Both the position numbers and the translations under genes were made by a program. Positions 27,790 to 37,925 of a stretch of DNA of 64,000 nucleotides are shown here, piece by piece (the stretch's first letter is position 1; each line of letters begins with the position of its first letter). The stretch is from Eledone cirrhosa (lineage: Eukaryota), in the NCBI GenBank assembly GCA_964016885.1, contig OZ024751.1:33666001-33730000 (forward strand), written 5' to 3'. The notes beneath the pieces were generated by a model, which saw only the letters and a list, made by a program, of their open reading frames with translations, ran no database searches and was not told the DNA's origin.

Positions 27790-30700
27790 ATGCCACCCAA
27801 GTTCGATCCCAGTGCCGTTCATATTGGTAAGCAACTCTTATATTTCATTTAAACGCTTTTTTATTTGGAAGGATCGCGTGTTTCATACAAATTTACGCCA
27901 CAACTACTAATCACCGCGTTTAATATTATTAAACTTCGATCTGTACAAATAAATTATTTTATTTATTCTTGTTTGGGTAAGAAAACTGCAGTAAATCATT
28001 GTTAAGATTCTCTTTTATTATATTATATTTAACTTTGCCTTTCATCCTTACGGGGTCGATAAAATAAAGTACCAGTAATGTACTGAGGTATTTGCAGGCC
28101 TTGTGCCAAAAGTAGAAACAATTATATTATATTTCGTTTTTAACGTGTTGACTGAATCTCGTCTGAAGAACATGACAGTATCTCGTTCGATTCACCAAAT
28201 TCATTTCACATGCTCCGTTACTAATATATATATATTGGGGTTTACCAATATATACCCTGGTAAAGATGATGTGTATATATATATATATTAGCGGAGCATA
28301 TATGAAATGAATTTGGTGAAAAAATAGACGACCCGAACCGTTTCACCAAATTCATTTCATATATGCTCCGCTAATATATATATATACACATCATCTTTAC
28401 CAGGGTATATATATATATATACATACTCCGGTGAATGAGGCGAGATATTTATCTTTATTGTCTCATAGAAATTAAATCATTCTTGCCATACTGTTAACAT
28501 GCGGTCATGTCTTCTATAATACATGTATTTAATTAATCTGCCAGATAACGTCTGTTATTACCATATTTCTAAAGTAAAACACAGCCTATGATGTTCAAAT
28601 AATTTATAAACTAATGTAACTAAACATTCTCGTTAAGCTTGTGTTTGGAACATATCTTAAAGGTTCTTATATAAAATTATGATGAGTTTTTAGGTAATAA
28701 AAACAATTTTGTATGGTAGAATGAACATTTTCAGTTGGTTTTGTATGAAATAGGTTTAAAGTTTCCTATCTGAAAGGGAAAGGGAAAATATCCACGTGTG
28801 TTGAAGAAAATATTTCTGGAGTAAATTATTACATAAATAATTGTTTCTTCCTCGTGGTACAAATATTTTGTTAAATGAAAATATATTTTATCAAATATTT
28901 ATGGCTAAAGGTCTCTTAGACTTAATGAGATATAATAAACGTGTCCTGCGATGTATCTGTATTTAAGTTGGATATAAAGGAGACATGACAACATATTGTT
29001 TTGTGTGGTCAGGTTTGAAATAAATGTTATTTAGTTTTAGCCGAGGGAGGTTAAATTATAGATTGAAATTATCTCTGAAGGTAAACAAATTTTTTCCTTG
29101 ACTTTGCCAAAAAACATTGAAGGGTCTTTTTTCGTTTTAATTAGACATCGGAGTACATATCAAAATTTAAATGTACAGTATTGTGTTTAAATATTACATT
29201 TCTAGATACTTGGTGTAAATTCTGGGGGATTTATTAGTAAAAGTCCATAGTTAAAGTAAAACTGATAAATTATTGCAATTCATATGATTGTAAAATGAAA
29301 TTATTACTGATAGATTAATAATACGAGGGAATATTGGAAATGTTTCAATGAAATGGAAAATGAGAGTCGCCATAGTTTGACTGTAGGTGGCGCTAGTGGT
29401 AATCATTCTTACTAAGGGCAATAACTCTACTAAATTATATATGTTTAAGACATGATTTTGGAAGAAATAATAGCGATATTGTACAAGTGTGCATAGGAAT
29501 TTCTTCTTCTCCCACTTATTGGTGAGGGGTCCTCAAACACCCTTCCCGGCGGGTCCTGTCAGAAGCAACCGTCTCCAACTGATCTGACTTGAACCCGAAG
29601 TATGGACAGCCAAGCTCATGGATGTTATCCAACCATCTTGCCCTGGGTCTCCTGTCGGCTGGTTTTGCTTGTAAAATCTGTCCAGCAATTCTTTCCTGAG
29701 ACATTCTAATCACATGTCGGAGCTGTGATCTCAATACTTCTATTTATTGACATCGATTTTGCGTTGAAAAAGAAATTGTTATAAATAGAATATAACATGC
29801 AGTGATATTTAGTAGAAAGTATCTTTATGGTACTTTTACTGATGGACAAATCAGTGCTAAGAATTGCAGTTAAACAAAAAAACATCACATCGGTTTTGAA
29901 TGATCTGCAGTCATAGTGCTGTTTTGTACTGTGGTTTCATATGGTACAGGACGTTAATTGTTAATCAAAACAGAACCAGATAGAGATTCTAATCTGAATT
30001 TATTTTTACATTTTCAGTTTATATCCGAGCTGTTGGTGGTGAAGTTCCTGGTACATCGTCGTTGGCTCCTAAAATAGGTCCATTGGGTTTGGTAAGTTAA
30101 ATCAATATTTTATATATTGGATCTTTCGTTTGAGTTCTTCTATATGGTTATTTGATATGGTTTGGCGATTGTTCCAATGAATCGTGCAACCTGTATCATA
30201 GCAAGAGTTGGACAGGTCATCTCAGACCAAGTCGGTACTTAATTGGAGCCACTGACCTCTGACAGGCCTGGAGCTTGCATCTTGTTTTTACATTCATTAC
30301 CCACACTCTACAGGATATACTGGTTACATTTATTGGGCACTTTCCCTAGAGAGGTTGGTCGTCGATTGAAGGGCTCTTTCTACTCTCTGGGAGGTAGTAA
30401 TGGGTATGTGATAATTGAGGTGACAAGTATGGTGTGGGAAGAGGTGAGGAATTATCTCTTCAGTGTATGACTGGTATGGTTGGGTTTAAGAGTAAATGTT
30501 TGATTTAAAGTGTTTTAATATATATATTTTTTTTTTCAGTCTCCCAAGAAAGTTGGTGATGATATTGCCAAGGGTACAGCAGATTGTAAAGGATTAAAGA
30601 TTACTGTAAAATTAACAATCCAGAATCGTCAAGCTGTAGTGTCTGTTGTGCCCAGTGCTGCTTCACTTATAATTAAAGCTCTTAAAGAACCACCCAGGGA

Positions 30701-32190
30701 CCGCAAGAAAGTTAAACACAGTGAGTGGTCCTTTCTTTTCCTTTTCAATTTAAATTTGGAATTTTAGTTTATTTTTTCACTAATGTGAACACAGTATCCC
30801 TGCACATGTTGCTGTCCTTCATTATGGATTGGTAGTATCGGTAGAGAGTTGGACGCCATGCTTTGACACATAGTCACGACCCTTGCCATTCTGAGTTCAA
30901 ATCCGGCCGATTTAGGTGCTCATTTACACTGTGCTGTCTAAAGAAAGAAATTTGATTTTATTGCCAAGTGTTAGGTTTGACTATTGTTTCGGGTGCTGCC
31001 TGTTACTGAATGGTTTATGTATCTCGTATTTTATAATAAAAGTTTTATTTATTTTTTTTTTCTTCATCATTTTTCAGTTAAACATAATGGAAACCTGACA
31101 TTTGATGATATTTTGGGTGTAGCAAGAACAATGAGAGATCGTAGCATGTCGAAAACACTTGCAGGGACATGTAAAGAGATTTTAGGTTTGTTTAGCATTT
31201 TTAATTTGTATTTTATATAGAAAACAGATAGTGTAGGATGTCAGGGTTACGTGATTTGCCTTAACCCTGACATATCTATATTGTTTTATTATTCATCCAA
31301 CATGGAGTTATCACTGTTTCTCACATTACATTCTCTCTGCTGTCTTGTAATTGCTACTTTCCCATCACACTCTTCCTAACATGTAAAACTCTACACTTGA
31401 TTGCTATAAACTACACCACCCAAACATGAACTCTGCCTTAGACAATGAAATGTTAATCTCTCTATTTTCAGGAACGGCTCAGTCAGTTGGATGTACAGTT
31501 GATGGTAACCATCCACATGATGTCATTAATATGATTAACAATGGGGAATATGAAGTACCAGCTGTAAGTTATATATTTTCTAACCTTATTTTAAGGGCAC
31601 TGAAAGGGTAGGGTTACATTTCTTGTGGGTATTGTGGTTAAAAGATGGAAAGGGTGTCCATAGCCGTTGATCACTTTAGTGTTTCACTGTTAGAGTGAAT
31701 GTTTATAGGGGGCATTTGACCAATATTATACACCCAACCTTGGTTTGTGGCATGGTTGCAGTATAAGGCTTGTAATATGTGCCCAGACCAACCCTTCATT
31801 ACTGTATTTTTAATGAAATACTCTCTATTTCAATTAAATAATGAAAAAAGACCTCTGCCCTCACAACTCTTTCTGGAATAAGTGGGCAAAGGAACATTTT
31901 ATATAAAATAATATTGGAAGATATTAATTTATATTTGGTGTCTTTGTTCTGTAGCACCACAGCTTGTTTCAGGCTGTTTGGTAATGAAAGAGTTGAGTTT
32001 GAATTGTGTGTGAGACCACAAAAACAATTATTTCTCAGGTAAACTTAAATACTGTGTCTTACCACCTTTACATTATTTCTAATTATTTCACATCCATACA
32101 AAGTGTTTGAAATGTAAGTTATTTTCTTAAAACTATAAACTGTTCCAATTGATGCTAAATAAATTTCTTTTCTTTTTATTGCAGGAATAA
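27790..32190 (+). CDS. RPL12: 60S ribosomal protein L12 (uL11), 165 aa; exons 27790-27826, 30018-30091, 30540-30720, 31078-31185, 31472-31563, 32185-32190
   Basis: Spliced translation [48 protein letters not shown]...[22 protein letters not shown]...[16 protein letters not shown]...EVPA-E*. Exon lengths 37+74+181+108+92+6 = 498 nt, all introns GT-AG. Confidence 0.97.
28029..28124 (+). mobile_element. SINE 3' half (other partial or degraded copies at 2593-2812, 30826-30912, 40285-40330, 51010-51100)
   Basis: Same body sequence as the family above. Confidence 0.8.
28249..28412. repeat. Inverted repeat, ~70-bp arms, ~19-nt spacer, in RPL12 intron 1
   Basis: taccctggtaaagatgatgtgta(ta)nttagcggagcatatatgaaatgaatttggtgaaa and its reverse complement. 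Confidence 0.95.
29516..29735 (-). mobile_element. LINE 3' end relic (related pieces at 9770-9910 and 33570-33810)
   Basis: [12 protein letters not shown]...RRPRARWLD, a typical RTE C-terminus. Confidence 0.6.
30153..30295 (+). ncRNA. Candidate intronic box H/ACA snoRNA in RPL12 intron 2
   Basis: Hairpin gatatgg/ctgtatc with upper stem gcgatt/aatcgt, H box ATAGCA (30198-30203), a long second hairpin, and ACA at 30290-30292; about 143 nt. Folded by eye only. Confidence 0.3.
31795..31899 (+). ncRNA. Candidate intronic box H/ACA snoRNA in RPL12 intron 5
   Basis: Hairpin ttcatta/taatgaa, H box AAAAGA, hairpin cctctgccc/gggcaaagg, then aACAttt. Confidence 0.25.
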
Positions 32191-32200
32191 ACAAAATAAA
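32186..32200 (+). terminator. RPL12 polyadenylation signals (AATAAA twice; the first overlaps the stop codon)
   Basis: gAATAAAcaaAATAAA followed by a T/GT-rich stretch. Confidence 0.7.
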
Positions 32201-34709
32201 AATTATATTCTCTGACATTTTGGTTTTTGTTTTAATTTTCAATGAATTCGTTCCACTTGTGTAAAAATCACTCCAGATATTTTAGCACCTTATGTAGAAT
32301 TTAAGGTTGGTGAAAATCAAAATATTGACCCATCAAATTTTGGGGTCATTCCTCAGCTTATGTTTTTGAGTATATATGGTTATTCAGTAAAGATTCCAAA
32401 CTGAATTTTCTAAAGGATATTGCAAAACATTTAACATTTACACATTATTAAATAAAATAAAGAATTTAATATAAGAAAAAAAATTATCTGTATCAACATA
32501 AGGGCTTGCTGTATGGTGCCTGTGTTGGAAGTGTAATGTTGCATGGGCAGTGAATGTGAAAGCTGGAGAGAAATAAAGTAAATATGTTCTCATGGATGTG
32601 TAATGTTAATATACATGAAAGTCAAAGCATAGATGAGCTGAAAAAGAGATGTAGTTTACTGTTGCTGATATGGATGATGATCATTGGGTGGAGAAATATT
32701 GTTTGAGGGAAACCAAAGTGTGAGATATGTACCTGGGTATATACTTTACAATGTGTATATATATATATATATACACACACAGCTATCATTCTTAGCCAGC
32801 CAGTTGGCTATCTTTGTTTATATCTCAGCCTGGTTGGTGATAACAATAGTCTTTGGCAGGTGTGCAAAAAAAAAAAAGTCCTCAGCCAAATGAAAGGTAG
32901 CTGTACAGAGTTGTGTGTGAGAGGAACCCCAGACTTTTCACAGGCAAGGAACATTGGCACAAGTTCTGGGTGGAGTAAGTATAATTCTTAGTAGAAACTA
33001 GTTAGATGTAATTGTGATAGGATAATTAAATCTACATATTAACTCACCTGGCAGGGAAAAGCGGACGTAAAATGAAATGATGATGATGAACAGGCTATTT
33101 TAGTTCTTCATACAAATTATATTCATTGGAAATACGACATGAGCACACACTGATAACTGAAACAAGTGGTTTGATATTAATTCCAGTCTTTCCTGGGGAA
33201 TAATGGAGGGGCCATTTGCAGGCTTCTTCGCCCATTTATTCCTAGGAGGAAAGTACTCACACACCTTCAGCAGGTCCTGTTGGGAGCCAGCTGAGTCTCC
33301 TGCTGGTTGGTTCTATCTTTGTCCAGTGATTCATTGTTGAGACATTGATTTTACTCTGCAGCTTGTCAATGATATCCTCTCTTACCAAGGTCTACACGTT
33401 TTCAATAACTGTTGGGTTACACATTGATTGTCTCTTCAGATGTTGGTCAGTGTCAACCAATCTGGCTATCTTTATATTATTTGGGGCAATATGATAGTGA
33501 ATACAAGTGGCTGAAATGGGGTTTCTCTGAAGGCTCTTTGGAATAATGTTATTCAATAAGAGTGCGTAACTTAGAGATCTGAGACTCGTTTCAGGTAGAG
33601 CTGCTACTTCTCTAAATGACAGTTCAGATATTACAGACATGATGTTAGAACGTCTCAAGAAAGAATCACGACAAATTTAACTGGTATAGACCCTGAACTT
33701 GGCTGGTCTTTCTTAGGGATCCAGTTGGAGGTGGTTGCTTCTGACAAAACTTGCTGGAGGGGGTATTGGAGGACTCTGCCCCCAATAACACTCAGTAATA
33801 AGTGGGTGAAGGGTAATAATACCGCATTGCCTCCAAAAATCTCCAGGCTTTTGGCAAAGTATGATGCAAGACTTGCTCGATGTGTTCTATTGTCACAGGT
33901 GAAATTAAAATGTGATTAGTAACCATAACACCACCACATTCTTGGCTGATTGACACATCCAGGGAGCTCAATAAAAATCACACTTTTGTCTCCCTAACAT
34001 TACATTTCACAAGAAATATCGTTGGATACTTTTTTAACAACAGGTGGTGCTGTTAAATTAGACATGGCCGAAACCTATCAAAGATATATATATGGAAAAC
34101 GCATTTAATGGTGGCAATACACACATGTATTGTGTGTACATATACAGGGTGTTCCTGTGTACACTGATTACCTGTACAGCTAATATTAGAATGCTGTTGA
34201 AGTGTGTATATATATATATATTTCTGTATAATTTCAACCTGAGGCTAAAGTAAAAGACACCAGGTGCCATGTGGGAGAGTGAGGTCTAAAGCCACGTAGA
34301 TTGGTTAGCCTCACTATCAAATATTGATTGATTGATTAAAATGTTATGTGGGAAACAAGCCAAGCAGAATATATTGATCTGTAATTTGTTTCTCGGTGTT
34401 ACTATGGTGTTTGGTTTCTAAATCAATGCATGCAACGTTCGAAATAACCTTGTTTTCTGGCAATCAGGCTATTATTGTTTCTGAGATAGTTCCTGTCGAG
34501 AAATGTTACAGCCGCTATCTGTTACAACTCTGGACCAGACAACATGGAGGTTAGTAATGTTTCTGGTATATTTTTACAGTTTTAATCAGGAATGGAAGGA
34601 CAGCTGCTGCTACAGTTTGTCATTGATTATTATTATATGACTTGGAGCTGAGATACTCTGATAAATTGATCTTATATTTCAGAGTCTTGTGAGAAGATAT
34701 ACTCTTGTA

Positions 34710-34925
34710 GGGACATGGTCTGACTTGTGAGATGGAAGTTATACTGTTGGTGGGGACATGGTCTGACTTGTGAGACGGAAGTTATACTGTTGGTGGGGAC
34801 ATGGTCTGACTTGTGAGACGGAAGTTATACTGTTGGTGGGGACATGGTCTGACTTGTGAGACGGAAGTTATACTGTTGGTGGGACATGGTCTGACTTGTG
34901 AGAAGAAAGTTGTACTGCTGGTGGG
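34710..34925. repeat. 43-bp tandem repeat, about 5 units
   Basis: Unit gggacatggtctgacttgtgagacggaagttatactgttggtg. Confidence 0.92.
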
Positions 34926-34929
34926 GTTG

Positions 34930-35510
34930 GAATACTTGCAACAGTGTGAACTCTACTAGAGAGCTGGTGGTGGTGAAGGCAGAACAAGCAATGTATGGAG
35001 GTGTAACCATCAAGGTGAGAGTTTGCAAGAAGTACAGTGATGAATTTAGAGTACACGATTCGTCTCCTGTTTATCGTTGTTCTTCAAGTCATAATTAAGG
35101 AGTTTAAGACTGACACTCTATGGGGACTCTGGTATACTTATGATATAAGCCTAATTTGATGTAACTTAGGGAAGAGATGTAGTGGGATTACAGGTAAGTT
35201 AATAAAAAAGATAGACTTTGTATGTAGTGGAAATAAACAATAAGAACACATGAAATAGAATTGCTCAGGCAGCTCTTTAGAGGTTGAGTTTTATTACCTA
35301 TGTAACGAGTATGCTTAGAAAGTGGGGTAACTAGAGTTAGAACAAGCTGGAAGGAGTTGGTACCTTTGCTGACAATAAAAGAGCTTCTTTCTCACTGAAA
35401 CCTAGACACTACGATGCCTGTGTGCACACTGCAATGCTAGATGGCAGTAATATATGGGTCTTGACTGCAGAAGATCTGTGAAAGTCAGAAAGTAATGAAG
35501 CAAGTATGCT
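34930..35510 (+). mobile_element. Degraded RTE RT fragments
   Basis: Patchy similarity to the 51953-53304 element (gatgcctgtgtg..gcaatgct, gaagcaagtatgctcc). Confidence 0.55.
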
Positions 35511-37867
35511 CCACACCTTAGTAGCTATTACCAGGTCAGTCTCACCTAATTTCTCTATCTCCTTTATCATCACCTTTAAACCCCCACCACAATTCTCATA
35601 CTTTCTCTCTCCCCCTCATCACATATTTGTCATTGTCACTGCCCCCCCCCCCCCCAAAAAAAACACGATACACTTGGGACAAGTCTTCGACCCTCCACCC
35701 ACCCTATACTGTAGAGGACTCACCGGTAACCTATCTAGTGTTGATGCCATGAATAAAGCACTAAGTACACTCTGTAAAGTGGTTGGCGTTAGAAAGGTCA
35801 TCCAGCCAGAGAAAACTTGCTACCGCCTCCCACGAAAAGGGCTTGACAGTACTCTTCAGATACGTAAAAGACTTGACAGCATCTCTAGTACTGGTTCTAC
35901 AATAAAACACAGCAAGTACCTTCTGTAAAGTTGTTGGAGGAGGGACATCTAGCCAAAATAAAGAGTCGAGAGGACTCTTCAATTATGTAAAAAACACGAC
36001 GACCTCATTACTGCTGGTGTTAACAAAACGCACCCAATACATTCTGTAAAGTGCGGGAATATAAGCGAGATACCGCCCCCGGTCTATCCGGGGGAGTCAT
36101 TAACTAATGATAGTCTATGATGACTCGTCCAATCGTTACTAGCTGGGAAAACGGATGATAAATGATGGCGATGACGTTTATCTGCGTTTTACTAATTATA
36201 TAATACAATTATAATTATTTAATTAGTCTCAGATCTTGTTTTATTAGTTGCGCGATGTCACGATGCACTTCATATGACCTACAAGACGTAGAAGGATTGG
36301 TGTTTATATATTTTTATATATACACACATATATATTTAAGAGTTTATTAAAGCACTTACACTCGTCGTTGCCCACACGTTTCGGTTTACAGGAGACAGAG
36401 AATGCAAAGAATTCCAACAAACCTGTCGTCTTAATTGTGTTAAAGGGAGATAATTACATCTTTTGACAGACATATAAATATATAAATATATACATACATG
36501 TGTGTGTAATTTTTTATATATTCATTTGTAAATAATGTATGTAACAGGTCCGACGGTCCTAAATAAACATTTAAGATAAGGTAAGTAGAGGATTAACCTA
36601 TGTAATGTTATTTTAATCTTTAAACACTTATGTAAATTAAGAGTTCGCCGGTGAGATTGTGTAAACGACTTTTATCGAATATTTCTGTTTTATTTCGATC
36701 TAAGTTCATTAAATAATCAGCGTTGTTAGTTATGAGAATGGTAATTCTACTTGTAGACATCACCTTATCTCTCTCTCTCTATATATATATATATTAAAAT
36801 AACAGATTAAAGTTTAAGCAAAGAATCGCTGCTTTCACCCTTAACTTATATTTGATATATATTTATCCTTATCGAGCCCTCTTTGGATTTTAGTCTTCAA
36901 ATTTATTATTATTACTATATATATATATATATATAAAGATTAAAGTTATTTATTTCGTAACTTACCCCTCGTAAGTTATTCAAGTTTTATTGTAATATTT
37001 AGAATTATTAGTCAATATTTAAAGTTTATTGTGTAAACTTTTGTTATTTTTTTCTAACGAAGCAACCTTGTTTAAAACAATTGGTTTTATATAAAATACC
37101 TGCGTTTATTTCGGCTATATTAGTTTTTATCGTGATATATTACTGGTACTCGAGATAATAGGATTGTATTTGCTTTCTTCATGCAATAACAGCAGACATA
37201 CAACTTTAATCTACATAATAACAGTTAATCTTAGTTTTCTACTTAAATATTTATTTATCTATCATCTTATAGTTTATCATTTCCCTCTCAATCCTTATTT
37301 ATATAATCTATTGGTTTATCAGTAAGTTTTTATTTAATACAAAGTGTTTCGTCCAACTTGTAAATATATTTAATGTTCGTGAACCGATGAAAAGAACAGT
37401 TTCTTTTTTGTTCTTGACACAAATTATATTTATTGGTAGCATGACCCAAACTATAACATATAATATCTAGACCAGTCATTCTTATATAAATCTACTCGTT
37501 TTTCTTTATTTGAGACTTTATTCAACAGAAAACCCAACAATATCACCACATAACACTTTCCCACGCTCCAGTGCTCCTCGCTTTTTTTAGGCTTTTTTTA
37601 ACACATTTACCGATCTGTGTGTCTGGTTTATATATAGAATACATTTGCTCTAGAAGTTCTGTCATTTGAGACTTTCTTTAAAAGAAGTAGTATCGTACGA
37701 TGGTACCGTTTTTTACCATTTAATAGTTTTGCTGCGAAGCTGTTGGAAAAAACAGCTGCAATTGCAGTCCAGTAAATATAGATATATATTTACTGTTACA
37801 TTGCTTTTCGATATATTATTATTTGGCGATAATAGTGATATATATGTGTATGTATATATATGTATAT

Positions 37868-37925
37868 ACTTTGCGTTACACTCTCTGGATATATATATAT
37901 ATATCCAGGGAGTGTAACGCAAAGT
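37868..37925. repeat. Palindrome centred on a TA tract (one mismatch)
   Basis: actttgcgttacactctctgga(ta)ntccagggagtgtaacgcaaagt. Confidence 0.93.

Noticed and set aside
28679-28773. C/D snoRNA (ATGATGA...CTGA)
   Set aside because: No terminal stem and no convincing rRNA antisense element.
31259-31899. Telomerase RNA (taaccct plus a downstream H/ACA-like domain)
   Set aside because: The template-like word is short and buried in a stem, an exon intervenes, and no pseudoknot was found.
36250-36586. Anoctamin promoter / non-coding first exon ending AAG|GTAAGT
   Set aside because: Plausible but unsupported without transcript data.
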